In this document: piece by piece, positions 25,630 through 39,044 of the stretch
Layout: every line of letters starts with the position of its first letter
Position numbering within the stretch: position 1 is the stretch's first letter
Assembly (NCBI GenBank): GCA_051294375.1
Contig: CM119270.1
Location: forward strand, 12,638,700 to 12,702,699
Source: Paraspadella gotoi
Lineage: Eukaryota > Animalia > Chaetognatha
Length of the DNA stretch: 64,000 nt
Direction: 5' to 3'
Made by a program: the position numbers and the translations under genes
Notes under the pieces: model-generated
The model's database searches: none
Seen by the model: only the letters and a program-made list of their open reading frames with translations
What the model was told of the DNA's origin: nothing

Positions 25630-25999
25630 TTAGAGCAGAGAGAGAAGAGAGAGAGAGAGAAGAGAGAGCATGGTTGGTCGACAATCGACCGAGCCGCGAG
25701 ATCGCACAAAAAGGCTTACCCTCTTCTGTCCGCTCCTTTCTCTCTACCGCCCGGTCGAAGGTCGGCAGGGTCATCCGCTGTCGGTGAAACTTCGAAAAAC
25801 ATGAGCGAAATCCTCTTCCTTTCTCTACCGAACGGGCGATCGTCGCGACGGTCTAGGCTGCGAATGACTCACGAAAATAACCGCCTCAGGCTCTTTTTTC
25901 TCTCTCTCTCCCGACATTTTCTCTTTAGTTTTTGCTTTCTCACTCTCTTACATGGGTTTTGCCTTGGCGTATGAACAGAGAGAGGCAAAAAATTTTCTC

Positions 26000-26097
26000 A
26001 TATAATAATCGTTTTCGTTGTTGGTTGAGATTAGAGAAAAGTTTGAAATGAATTCAATTCAATAAATCGTTGTTGAATTCATTTCAAACTTTCTCTA
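26000..26097. mobile_element. Miniature inverted pLTR-end remnant of the PLE family
   Basis: Inverted repeat TAGAGAAAAGTTTGAAATGAATTCAA / TTGAATTCATTTCAAACTTTCTCTA encloses AATAAATCGTTG (pLTR motif). The tail motif CAACAACGAAAA lies on the minus strand at ~26011-26022. No clear TSD. Confidence 0.5.
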
Positions 26098-26721
26098 GAC
26101 ATAATTGTATTATTTGGTTCGACAATAATCAATGTATTCTGGTGACTTCTAATTAGACCTCCTTACTTTGTCTCCAAGTTTCTCTATTCGAGATTTCAAG
26201 GCTCAAGAATAAAACCACGTTTAATTGTTATTAATTGACGTTTCAATGGTAATGTTGTCAACTTACAATTTATTTCTTCGTTTAAAAGATATTATTTACT
26301 ACGTAATCGTCGGCTCGTTTCAAATTTATAAGATCGCCTTTTTTATGATTTAAATTGATGTTCTCTGGGTTATTGAAGTCTTGAAAATTTATATTAACCA
26401 GCTTGCTTTCATCTCATCCGATGTTGCTTAAAAATTGAGTCTGAACTGTTTATTTTGATCATTTTTGTTTACGTTTTATCCAATAAGCAACAAATTTTTC
26501 TTCTTTTTATTCCAAGATTTGCTCATGTCTACCTCTCTATTTTCTAATTTAATGTGTGAGCGATGTGTCTCTCTCCCTCTCTCTGTTCCCATATTCACTG
26601 ATTTCATAATAACAATTAGTGTGATAATTAAAAACGGGTCTGCAGCTGGCTCTTGCAGGGTGCTCTCTCTTTTCCTCTTTTCTCCTGCTGCTTCTGCTGC
26701 GTGCCAATTGATTTCTTCTTT

Positions 26722-26760
<39 letters not shown>

Positions 26761-27699
26761 GTGTTTTTATTTTAAAAAAATAATTTAATTGGATTGACAC
26801 TCGTAAATTTTAAGCATCGCATTCGATTGCATTGTTTATCATTTTGCTATAAATCTACATCGGGTTTTTGTGTTTCCACTATTTTGCTCTTTTACTTTCA
26901 CTTTCCAGATCAGTCTGATTCAAGTTTCACTTTGGTTTTTGTCTGGTGCGAATGCTGACTAGTGTTTAGAGGGTACTGTCTCAATCGCCAAAATAGAATT
27001 TTTTCTTTCTGGTTGATTATATATACTTACTTTTCTTTTTTTCCCCTTTCTATTCTTTCTTTCCTTTTCTTATTTTTCTTTTCCTTATCTATCTCCTTTC
27101 TTTCTCCTTTCTAGTTCTTTTTTTTTCTATTCTTTCTTTCCGTTTCTTTCCTTTTCTATTTTTATTTATTCTTTTCTTCTTTTTTCTTTCCTGCTTTGAT
27201 CTTACTAGTTTTTTTTTTTAAAGATTTTATTATCTTTTTTATGTTATCAGAAAACAGCAATTGTCATTTCCCATATTCCACATATTTTTCTTATCGCAAT
27301 TGCAACGAGTTTTATGCTTTTAAGATTTCTTTTTGCATGAATTTATCATAATTCGTCTCGCGATGTTCTGATATGATATAAGGAGTGAATTTCCCGGACA
27401 AAAAGATTTGATTGGGCGGGGAACCGACGGGACGACAAAAGCGGTAGCTGTAATTCATCATAGAGTACGGATCTGCTGAAAGCAGATCCACTAATAAACT
27501 TTGTTTTACTTTAGTCCGTGGGGCCTTTAATGCACTCTAGTCGTAAAACGGTTGTCAGCATTCCAGATAGCAAAATTAATGACAATGGATAACTGGACCA
27601 GTTCTGAATAGAAACTCAACAGTGCTATGAAACTTGAGCATAATTTTATTAAATTTAAATTGCCATGTAAGAGGATTCTTCATGAGCTCCTATCCAACA

Positions 27700-29445
27700 C
27701 GTATTGAGAAATCTCCACGCCCGATCCACTCCCTGTGCAAACCACCAGGTGAGATGGAGAGGACTCCGGCATTGATCATTTTTCGTGGGAGTGGTTTTTA
27801 TTTGTCTTTTTGTGGATATTTGGGTTTGGTGATTTGCCAGATAATTTATTTCCTAATACAATTTTTTCTTATGATATTCTATAATCTCATTTTGTACTCT
27901 CGGTTTTGATTTCTTATGCTCCTGTGAATTTCATTTTGTCTCCGCATCAAACCTTTCTAACTGACTGCTGCTGCATTCTAGATTTACCAGCTCGCTTCAA
28001 AGTCCGCAGCTTCTGCGCTCAGAAGAGACTATTTCTCTTCTTGGCTTATTAGACCCGGCGTCTATGCTCTTTTAACGCGTATGTTCAAGCGTTAAGAGCT
28101 ATTATAGAGTGTTAGTTACGTCTCAAATATAATTTTTCTTGTGCAAATTCTTATATGCATTCCAATATTCACCGGAGGAGCGATGTATTATAATACTGTA
28201 TCGTGTCACAGGATAATGAGCGAAACTATCTTCCTTACTGTTCTGCTCACAGTGTGGGTGGATTTTGATATGTAACTTATTATTCCAAACAGATAAGTTA
28301 TCTGTGTCTATCTCCGTTTCCTTCGGAGTGGGTGTGAGTGTGTCAGCTTTTAATGAAGAGCTAGACGTTCTGTTTGGTTCATTTCATGGACATCGGGACG
28401 CTCAGCTCAAGGGTTGGGAGCCCGTCAACGTCAGATCTATTTATTGCCGATGGCGTTTGATGGATCTTCCCTGCGTCTTTTGGACTCCTCATGAAGGATA
28501 CTTGTCGTCTCTGACAATTTGATGCCGTTTCCGAGGATCGCAAATCCGGCTCGCTCTTTTCAAGACAGCTCACTCGCTCTATGAGAGAAGCAGGGGCCGA
28601 TTGCTCATTCTGTCCTTCACACATGCAGAAGGCCTCAAGTCTATCATTGCGTCTCTTCAAGCTTCTGGCGCAGATCCCGAACTTATTTGGATTGAGAGAC
28701 TTGCTGCTCCACTCAAGGATGCAGCTTCAATGTCGGCGTTTTTCTTTAATTCAGCTTTGGCTGTAGTCTCGACGTCTGGTGGTGCATCTTGCTCCAAGGA
28801 GCTTAAAGATAAACTGACGGATTCGCCCTCCTTCTGTGGATTTTTATTTTGGGGGAATCGTTCGACCGGAGGATTTCTCGGCGGCTAGTCCATATCCATC
28901 ATCTTTTCAAGCTCGAGCTTTCGGCACCAGAAATAGCAGCAGATCCTCGCGGAAGCAGTTTGCTAAGTCCAGGGTTCGCTAACAAGCCTACTCGCAAGTC
29001 CGCGTACTTTAGGCGTTCGGGAAAGGGGGATGGAGCCGGCGTCCGAAGGACTCCCAAATGACCTCAAACTTCGACGACTCCACTTCGCGCGCCCCTCGCC
29101 GTGCCTGTCCCACTTTGGACATCAGACCATGGATCTGTCCCAGGAGCTCGATTTTGTCTTCTTCCGGCCCGTCTCCACACTTCACCGGTGGAGGACGCTT
29201 GCAAAACAACTCGTCCCAGTTGTTTGGGCGGATTGGTCGGACAGGATTCTCTATTCTTGCAAAAACGTGAAGGTTTCCTCATGTGCAGGCGAGTAACGTC
29301 AAAGCACACCAATGGGAATCTGGGGCGACGTTTGATCGCGTTTTCGCTCGCGCGAGTTCCGTTTCCGGGGACGAGTGATCACTTGATCGCGTGAACCAGG
29401 AAGTAACTTCTTTCGGGTTCACAATTTTCCTTCGCAACTTCATGT
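27700..29445 (-). other. Intronless, higher-GC, decayed coding-like segment (possible old transposon ORF), unassigned
   Basis: Microsatellite-free block with frameshifted minus-strand ORF pieces (29009-29209, 28379-28660). No diagnostic motif recognised. Confidence 0.25.
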
Positions 29446-31398
29446 TTGAAATCGAGTTGCCGATTTCTTTTTTTTAGAACCACACTTTACTTTGTCATTT
29501 TGATTTTTTTTTTCCCCTTTTCCTTTTTTCTTTTTCCTTTTTTCTTTTTCTTTTTTGCTTTTTCCTTTTTTCTTTTTCCTTTTATATTTTCCTTTTTTTT
29601 CTTTTTCCTTTTTTTTCTTTTTCCTTTTTTCTTTTTATTTTTTTCTTTTCTTCTTTTTTTCCCTTTTTTTTCTTTCTTTTTTTCTTTTTCTTTTTTTCTT
29701 TTTCTTTTCCTTCTCCTAACCATAAGTAGCAACGAAATTCGGATTCACCCAACGCGTGTTGAACTCAAAGACTCAAAGACTCAAAGTCGTGCACTCCTCG
29801 TCGTTCATCGCAATCTCCATAGTTACATAAAATCCGTGTGCTCACGATGACGAAAAGATGATCGTGTTAATGACGGTAACAAAGATGATTATTGTAACAT
29901 TTACGATACAATGATGCTGATGATTATGATGAGAACGATGAGGATGATCACGATCGAATGATGAAGATGATGATTGTAATTTCCCCAAAATTTTCTGATA
30001 CAAAAACAAACGGAGAAAGAATCNNNNNNNNNNNNNNNNNNNNNNNNNNNNNNNNNNNNNNNNNNNNNNNNNNNNNNNNNNNNNNNNNNNNNNNNNNNNN
30101 NNNNNNNNNNNNNNNNNNNNNNNNNNNNNNNNNNNNNNNNNNNNNNNNNNNNNNNNNNNNNNNNNNNNNNNNNNNNNNNNNNNNNNNNNNNNNNNNNNNN
30201 NNNNNNNNNNNNNNNNNNNNNNNNNNNNNNNNNNNNNGATGTAGTGAGGGTGGGAAGGAACCCAAAGGGTGGTCGTCATCAAAGTTGAAAGTGGATATAA
30301 TGGAAGTCGAGTCGTTGTTGTCGTTCCGATGGATTTGATATTCGTTGATTGGGTCCCGGATGTAGGAAGGTAAAGGATACCGTAAGTCATTGAGGCCAAC
30401 AGTTGAAAAATCTGCGCTAAAAATGTTCTCCAATGATTTTCATTTTCACCAGATCTTCCTCAGCATAATTTAAGGCTCTTAAGGGGTGGTCGATATCCTG
30501 TTTTAATTTCGAATATATTTCATTTGCAATTTTGTCTTTCACGCTCTCATTCCTTGCGCGGCGGGATTTTTCCTATCGTGCCTTAAAAATATAGACCACA
30601 AGTATCTCCCGTTTTCTCAGTAAATGAATTTTATCCTCGCGTTAGATGTACATTACAACAAATTCAGTATTTTATTGTTTACATTCTAATCACAAGCGAT
30701 GTTTTTTCTTAAATTCTCTTCTGAATCCGGTCTCTCTCTCTTCTCTCTCTCTCTCTCCTCTTCTCTCTCTCTCTCTCTCTCTACTCTCTCTCTCCCCTCT
30801 CTCTCTCTACTCTTCCTTTCTTTTCCTTTCCCTTTTTATCTCTTCTCGAATGCATCAGACTTTGAAGTTTGCTGATCCAGAAAAAAAAACTCTCCTGAGA
30901 GGAATCGGCCAAAACTGAGTTTTTGGGTTACGAAACACTTTCCTGGTAAAATCGTTATTAACTGATTTAAATACTTATAACTGTTTAATATCCCTAATCT
31001 TATAACTCCGCCCCGTCTCTTTGGGACTTTTGAGAAAGGAAGCGGGGGTTTAACTTTTTTTGTACGGGGTTAAGGTTTAATTTTATTAATTCTCTTATCG
31101 GCGGTTAAGAGATAGTATATAAATTCGCTTCGTACTCAATCCTTTTTTGTTTAAAGAAAAAGAAGAAAAGATATATTAAAAAAGAAGAAGATAAAAAAAA
31201 AAGAATAATATTCTCGAGTGCTTCGCGGTACAACTTCTTCAATTTCTCAGACTCGTCTGAAATCATTGATTTCGCACTTGATTCTCAGGACTATTAACTT
31301 TCTCATTAACGAAATGAAGGAAAAAAATTTGATCGAGGTTAGAGACTACTCCCTTCCTTCGTTAGAAATAGCCTCTCTCTCTTCTCCTCTTCTCTCAT

Positions 31399-31449
<51 letters not shown>

Positions 31450-31631
31450 TCCTCTCTCTCACATCCTTGATCCAGTCGGGATTTCTTTTACCGGAAATTC
31501 CTTATAATGTCCCTATTTCCTTTTTCCTGCTCCTCTTTTCAAATCGGCCCGAGAGACAAGAGACCCTCTCGCCTTTTCGGGGATCATCTGGTTTCAAAAT
31601 ACCATTTCTTGGTCTGTCTCCCTAATTTTGT

Positions 31632-31673
<42 letters not shown>

Positions 31674-31771
31674 TTCTCTCTTTCCCCTATCCCTCTCTAT
31701 CTCGCCGGCCTCTATCCACCCTGCGTCTGCTCGGACTCGAAATCCTTTTCTACTGGTGAAGTCGAAAAATG

Positions 31772-31951
<180 letters not shown>

Positions 31952-32767
31952 TATAAGTTTTTTAGTATTAATTTTCATAACGATTAATCATTAAGCTAAC
32001 TATCATTCGGATAATTTTTGGTTAAATAAAAAAAATATTATTATTAAAAGGATATTTTGTTGAATTCATTCTTTTATTCATTGAATAATGCATTCTTTAA
32101 TTCCTACATTCATTAATATCTATTTTTATTGACTCGTGCATTCATGCATTCAGTTATTCATTCATATTTAATTTTTTTTTGTTTTAATTCATTTCTTTAT
32201 TTTTGTATCTACTTAATTATTCATTGCTGCATTCATTCCTGCGTTCATTCCTGCCTTCATTAGCCTCGACGCCCGGTAAAGCGAAAGTCATTCAAAAAAA
32301 AAACCTCTTGAGAAAGGAATTAGAGATAAATTGTTTCGACCCCAACTTTTGCGGGTTACAGCTTCTAAGTCTTCAAAATATCTTAATTGACCCTAATCTG
32401 CTTGGTAAAATCCTAAAAAAAAAGAGGGAGAGAGAGAGAGAGAGCGTGGAGTGAGTGTGTCAAAAATTTCAAATCTGAGATTTTTTTTTCCTTCTTCTTT
32501 TTGAATGATGTATCCATTCACTAACAGAGTGCACCGGAACTGTTCATTTGATCTAAACAGTTTGTTCACATGTATAAACCATCTTCATACGGAACCCGTA
32601 ACCTAAAACCCCGGATGTTCGGTGTATCCAATTTCGCCGGGTCTCGCGTCTGCGACTTGGAAATGAATAAAAAAGCAGGAAATATCGGAGAGAGAAAAAA
32701 AATGAAGTAAAAGTAAAGAATTCTGGTTCGAGTCCGGGTTTTCCTTTTCGGAGTTAAAGATGTCCAC

Positions 32768-32823
32768 CTGGTGAGAAAATCCACGGAGTCAAATCGATCC
32801 CGGATGACGTCATCATCGTTCCT

Positions 32824-32857
<34 letters not shown>

Positions 32858-32955
32858 GGGTTCTCCTTTAAAGTCGTTGTTGTTGTTATTCGACTCATCG
32901 AGATCTCAAGAAACGAGTTTCCACCCCGGTTCATGTCGTTTGACCAACTTGACTT
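32768..32955 (-). CDS. Possible isolated exon of an unassigned minus-strand gene (other candidate exons ~30240-30497 and ~33900-33990)
   Basis: AG..GT-bounded CpG-rich frame SSWSNDMNRGGNSFLEISMSRITTTTTLKENPD(n)RNDDDVIRDRFDSVDFLTR. Could not be chained into a complete model. Confidence 0.25.
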
Positions 32956-34290
32956 TAAAAAAAATAAACAAAAGATAAACAAAAACCAAAAAGAATTTTG
33001 GTTCGTCTATTGTACCTTTTGTCTTTATCGTCATCGTCGTTGTCTTTGTCAGTGTGAAAAACTACCACGATGGGGAATTATGACGACACCATATGTCATC
33101 AACGGTTTACAAAACTTTTATTATTTTATGATACCTGTGAATACACTACAGATTTTTTGGTTCATTAAAATATATCGATATACAACATTAAGTTTTGACA
33201 AATGGTTTAAACTATGAAGACTCTTCCTACTACTACCACCAAAAATACGAAATATTAAGGTATTAAGGAAAAATAACCTTTTTTTTTAATTTTAAACATT
33301 TTTTCCCGTTCGTGGGAAAAAACATTTTGGGTCAATTTTTTTTCAAAAGTTCGTCAAAATATCCCGTTGAGCCTTGAACGTGCTTTGGCTCTCACTCCCA
33401 CCTCCTCCCTCTCCCCTTCTCCTCCATTTATAAAAAAAAATGTCGGAATGTTTTTTCTTGGTTCGGATTATATCATAACTCATTTTCTGGACAGACATCT
33501 CATTCGCCCGGCGTCTTTTTCCATTTCTCATTGGCCGAGCATTTTCTTATTTAACTCGACATTTCGCTTTTACTTTCTTTATTGTTTCCCGACTACTTTT
33601 CTTTTCTTTTCCTTATTTTTCATTTCTTTTCTTTTCCTTTTTGACCTTCCCCCACTTTCGCATTTTCCCAAACTCGCCCCTCGGGACGCCGAGACCTTTT
33701 GGCAAGATCGGAGTCCGCTCTCGGAACGAGGAAATTTTTAGACCTTGAATATCAGCTTAGTTGCGGTAAGGGTATCGATATATTTTTATACCAAGATCGA
33801 GTTATTCGCTTTCCTTAACTTGAGACTTTCAAAACGGGAAGTTGCTTCAGTAATATGAACTATAAATTCCATGCAAACGTATTTACAGCCAATCTTAACC
33901 TCGCATCTCCAGTGTTTTTTGTTTTCTAAAACCTTTGTCCTTTTGTTTTGAGATTTTTGCTCCATTTTTTGGCTCTTGTTACGTTTCTGGCGAATTCCGT
34001 TCGAGAGTAAGAAACAATAACAACGAAACATAAAACCCCAAAATTTTCCTGTTATTACGATGAAAACCTAAGAATTTACGTGGAAGAGAAAGGGACCAAG
34101 TGTTATGATCAACATTGGAAAAGAATGTAAGAAAAATCATATTCAGTAGCTATTTTTGATCAACTTTTAAAAAAAAATATACCAGAATATCAATGACATT
34201 TATTTATTCGTTACAGCATTTAATATCTAATAACATAAGGCATTTATAAACAATCTCATAAATATTTGTTCGATATTTTTCAGTTACAAT

Positions 34291-34323
34291 CAAAACACAA
34301 CGAAAGAAAGGATTTAACAAAAT
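34291..34323 (+). mobile_element. 33-bp tail-only PLE insertion with 9-bp TSD
   Basis: CAAAACACAACGAAAGAAAGGATTTAACAAAAT matches the tails of the three larger PLEs. Flanked by AGTTACAAT at 34282-34290 and 34324-34332. Confidence 0.65.
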
Positions 34324-35176
34324 AGTTACAATGTGATATTATTAGATCGTATCATGAACCACCTGATTTTAAAACCCATCAAGATCCAGAGACACAAAAA
34401 GAGTTTATTGTTTTGGTTAATAAATATTTGCCTCGTTTTTAGTTGAGTGGTTCATCCCACACCGAAGTCAAAACAACCTCGCGGTATTAATCATGAAATA
34501 CTACATGAGTTTTTGCCTACAAATAAGAAATTTTCACAAGACAGAAAAAGCGGGTTTTCGTGATGATTTTTTCTTAAGTTTCATTTCAGTCAAATAACTT
34601 GAGATGCTTAATGTGCTTAATGTTTCATACTTTAGCAGTCATGTGATCATCTGAAATTTTAATCTCCTGAATAGTAATTGGAAGTTGCGTAATTCATATG
34701 TAGTACTGCGTCATTTTTGTTAATACTTGGCAGAAAGGTAAGGAATCATTAAATACTTGATACTGATGTAGTCACGTGACCATCTAGAGACTAGGTCAAA
34801 TGATCTAAAGTATGTTTTATACATGTGTAGTCACGAGATTACACAGAAAGCTCACATCAGCGCAACACCTTGAAAATCTAACCTCCATGGAGCCATTAGA
34901 ACCAGGTCAAAATGAGAATCTTTTAAAAATATTGAAAAGACCCAGCGCAATGAAAATCTCGAAAATGAAATGTAACTTATATAACAGAAGAACGACAAAA
35001 CTACAAATAAGAACTCTCTCAAAATCTCCTCTGTAGCAGAGAGGAGAAACAATTAGAGCGCAACTAATTTTAAATATTTATAGAGGAGGGTCCCTCCTTT
35101 AATGTTATAATATGGTAGAATAATAGAACAAAGTTTTGAAGAGAGATTTAACAACGATTTTTATTTTCATACGTGA

Positions 35177-35218
35177 AACGGACATGTTTCGACTCACATA
35201 CGAGTCTTCTTCAGCGCC
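35177..35218 (-). ncRNA. Minimal type I hammerhead ribozyme
   Basis: Minus strand: GGCG-CTGAAGA-a-GACTC-gtatgt-GAGTC-GAAA-CATGTC-CGTT; stems I, II and palindromic III are all formable. Confidence 0.8.
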
Positions 35219-35256
35219 AATTCAATTTGTGAATTTGAAGAGAATTTTGTGCATAA

Positions 35257-35294
<38 letters not shown>

Positions 35295-35403
35295 AAGCAA
35301 AGTTTCCAACACAGAGTTTGAGAGAAAGGATAGTGTTCAGTTTTTTATTATAGGGACAGGTGATGGTGAGGAAAGAGATAGTTTGTGAAAAGAAATTGAA
35401 ATG

Positions 35404-35439
<36 letters not shown>

Positions 35440-36954
35440 GAAGACAGACACAGTGCTTGAAAATATAATACATTATGAAATGTACAACAAAGTTAAAATT
35501 TGGTAAACTTTAGTAATGAAATAAAATCAACAATTAACTTACTGTAATAAATTAGTGAAGTGAAATAGAAGTTCAGAAATGTGAAATATTTATTGTTAAT
35601 GAGGGATAGCTAAGTAATTAGGAAAAAGGGAAATTTCAAGTAATAAGAAAAGCTCAAATGAGCTGGCTTTGGTTATGAACAAATGAAAGGCTAGATTGAT
35701 AAGGTCGGGTCATTGGTGTGTCATTGGCTGAGAGGACAGGTTTGGTGGAGCCTACTTGTGCAGAGTTGGGGAGACTTCCTTGCGGAAGAAACCAAAGGCT
35801 TCTCGGATGTGTCTCTGGCCTGGTACGCCTGCCTACTGCCCTCTTTTGCCTGCTGGCAGTGGGGCTGTCCATTCTTGCCACTTTTTGCGACAGGAGTGGT
35901 GGTCTCCCCCTCTCCTCCTGCAGCCGTTGCTTTGGCGGCGCTCAGTCCACAGAGGAAGGGAATGAGTTGCTGCAGTTTAAGGAGAGGTATCGTCTGCCAT
36001 TGCCTGCGCAAGGGTCTCCGCCTATCTCGTTGAGTGGAGATGGGGGAATCATTGTGCGGACGTGGTGGAGACGGGGCCTCCACCACACTTTAATAAGCGA
36101 ATCATAGCTTTGGAGGGAGATCGAATCGTCCTCCATCACGGTTCAAAGAGGGCTCGAGGGCTTTTGATGTAAATTGCCTCTCTAATACCTCTTGAGAACC
36201 AGCTTGGGTCATGGGGACAGCACGAGACAGTCTGATTCTCTGAATAGATGGCAGTATTAGCCGTGTGTTCGGCTATAGCAGATAGGTAGTGGCCTCTAGC
36301 GTCGCGATAGGGTCTCGTATGCTGCTGGAAGCGGTCTGTTAGAGACTTTCCTGCTGTGCAGGCTTGGTTGCCCGCCCCTGCACAGGCCGCCCCAATAGAC
36401 GGCTCCTGATGTTTTCAGTCTTGGCGGATTTTATCTTTCGGTTCACCAATAGCTCACGCAGAGAGCCGTGGGCCGTCACTGAGGTGGAGATCCCCTGGTT
36501 TGCTAGCACCCGCACCAATGACTCAGTGATCCCCTCGGCGGCCTGAAGCTCGGGGGTCAATGGATTCAATGCTGCTCTCCTGGTAAGGGATCTGACCGTG
36601 GCAAGCTTGTGAGATAAGGGCGCAAGAGAGTCAAAGGGAATGTATTGGTCTGTGTGCGTCGGTTTGCGATATACTGAAAATTCCAATGAGGCGCCCTCTG
36701 CGCTGTATAACCACATCGAGCATTGGAATTGACCCATTCTGAGCTCATTTTGAGCTCTTTCTTATTACTTGAAATTTCCCTTTTCCTAATTACTTAGCTA
36801 TCCCTCACTAACAATAAATATTTCACATTTCTGAACTTCTATTTCACTTCAAAAATTTATTACAGTAGTTAATTGTTGATTTTATTCATTACTAAAGTTT
36901 ACCAAAATTTTAACTTTGTTGTACATTTCATAATGTATTATATTTTCAAGCACT

Positions 36955-37004
<50 letters not shown>

Positions 37005-37040
37005 ATGCACAAAATTCTCTTCAAATTCACAAATTGAATT

Positions 37041-37082
37041 GGCGCTGAAGAAGACTCGCATGTGAGTCGAAACATGTCCGTT
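37041..37082 (+). ncRNA. Minimal type I hammerhead ribozyme
   Basis: GGCG-CTGAAGA-a-GACTC-gcatgt-GAGTC-GAAA-CATGTC-CGTT. Confidence 0.8.
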
Positions 37083-37189
37083 TCACTATGAAATAAAAAT
37101 CGTTGTTAAATCTCTCTTCAAAACTTTGTTCTAATTCAAATCACAACGAAACAGAAAGGAAAAAACACAAGGTAGAATAATAAAAAATT

Positions 37190-37985
37190 AATATTTATCG
37201 ATTATTGTATAATTTTAAAATCTCTTTTAAAATAAAAAGATTAAAATCTTTAAAATGAAATGTAAGTTATTTAACTATCGTTTAAATTGACAATCAAATC
37301 TTCTCTGTAGTAAAAAGGAGGAAAAGAATTTACCATGCAAAGAATCTAAACAAAAACCCATATATATTTTTTTTTCTTATTGGTTACACGAATTACACCA
37401 AATACAACAAAACACTAAATATCGCCATAGTTTTGAACGTTTCTACAAATAAGAACAAATAAAAATTTTATATTTATCGTTTAAATTGACAATCATATAA
37501 TCTTCTCTGTAGTAAAAAGGAGGAAAAGAAGTGAACCATTTGTTTACCATGCAACAAAATTAAACAAAAACCTGTAGAAGATGAAAATACGGGGCCTCAA
37601 ACCCATTTAAATTTTGTTTTCTTATTGGTTACACCAAATACACCAAAGACACCAAAACACTAAATATCACCATAGTTTTGAACGTTTCTACAAATAAGAA
37701 CTCTGTCAAAATCTCCTGTGTAGCAGAGAGGAGAAACAATTAGAACGCAACTAATTTTAAACATTTATAAAGGAGGGTCCCTCTTTTAATATTCTAATAT
37801 TGCAGAATAATAATAATTTAATATTTATCGTTTAAATTGACAATCATATTATCTTCTCTGTAGTAAAAAGTTGGAAAAGAAAGTATTTACCATGCAACGA
37901 ATTTAAACAAAAACCCATATTTATTTTTTTTTCTTATTGGTTACACCAAATACACCAATTACGCCATAGTTTTGAAAGTTTCTAA
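37190..37985 (+). repeat. Local tandem array of ~190-350-bp AT-rich units; a related unit at 34990-35125 is the PLE target
   Basis: TATCGTTTAAATTGACAATCA..CTTCTCTGTAGTAAAAAG..TTCTTATTGGTTACAC..CATAGTTTTGAA recurs at ~37276, 37475 and 37826. 34991-35125 matches 37688-37812. Confidence 0.8.
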
Positions 37986-38163
37986 AATTAAAATTAAATG
38001 TCTGACTCATAAATATCCACAAATCGTTGATCAAGTCAAATCCCTTCGTCTCTCGTCTCCAGCACATTCTTTTCCTTTTCTTGTTATGTTATCGAAACAT
38101 TTCTTGTTCACACCCACGCGTCAGATCAAAGGGAGATGAGAGTCGCGCACGCGTTATCGCAAC

Positions 38164-38233
38164 CAGGGATGTGGAGCCGGAGCTGAATCCGGAGCTGGAG
38201 CCGAGATAAAATTAGGTCGGCTCTACATCCCTG
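38164..38233. mobile_element. 70-bp hAT-type MITE
   Basis: TIRs CAGGGATGTGGAGCCG / CGGCTCTACATCCCTG (one mismatch); 8-bp TSD ATCGCAAC / ATCACAAC (one mismatch). Confidence 0.75.
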
Positions 38234-39044
38234 ATCACAACCACGCATTAGGGCGTTGAAAAATAACGAAATATAACAAATCAAGTGAGGTACATAGCTA
38301 TTTTAGCTGTAATAAAAGTCTGCTAGAATTCGATGAGATAACCATTTTTTGTTATAGTCTCATCTTCTTTGGTCGGAAATTGGGCGATTTTTGCAGGCAT
38401 ACAAGGTGCTATTAAAATGGAGCAAAACATTGTAGAGTACTAAGAAAACTCAAATTAATTAAGATTTTATAAAAGCCTATTTAACTTACATAATATGAAA
38501 ATAAAGACCCATATAAATATTTTGGTAAGTTATTTATAAATTTTTATATTTTATTAATAGTTTTTTAGCTATATTTATTGATAAATAATAATAAAAATAA
38601 AGCTAAAGTGAAAAAAATAAAAAATTTTTAAAATTTTAAAACCAGATTTGAATTCCTTACAAAAAGTTGATATAAGAAAATATAATCCATTTTAAAAAAT
38701 TCTTTTTCATTAAGTAGGTTAAAAATATTAACAACTATTATTTTTATTTAATTTTTCAATTTTTTGGCTTAAAATTATAGTTTTTCTGAATTTTGACCAA
38801 CTTAATGACATAATTTTGATATAAAAATTATATTTCTTATATCAACTTTTTGCAAAGAATGCAAATCCATGAAAAAAATTTTGAAATTATTATTTTTTAA
38901 CTTTAGCCCAATTTTTACTCATAATTATTAATAAATATAGTTAACTAACTTTTATAAAACATAAAATTTAGAAATAAACTTACCAAATATTTTTATAAAT
39001 CTTTATTTTTATATTCAAAAGCTCATATAAATTTGATAAAATTT

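Larger units (their letters stand above)
35126..37170 (-). mobile_element. Penelope-like retroelement (C-terminal GIY-YIG type), 5'-truncated, with inverted pseudo-LTRs and a 12-bp TSD
   Basis: Minus-strand RT C-terminal motif [38 protein letters not shown] (~36575-36690). GIY-YIG C-part RFQQH..SAIAEH..GIREAIYIK..EPSLNRDGGRFDL (~36115-36335, frameshifted). 35126-35660 is inverted relative to 36742-37133. TSD GGTAGAATAATA at 35114-35125 and 37171-37182. Confidence 0.9.

Noticed and set aside
34771-34780. GTCACGTGAC E-box/CLEAR-like palindromes (also ~42692 and ~55060)
   Set aside because: Short motif with no linked transcription start; one instance lies inside a coding exon.
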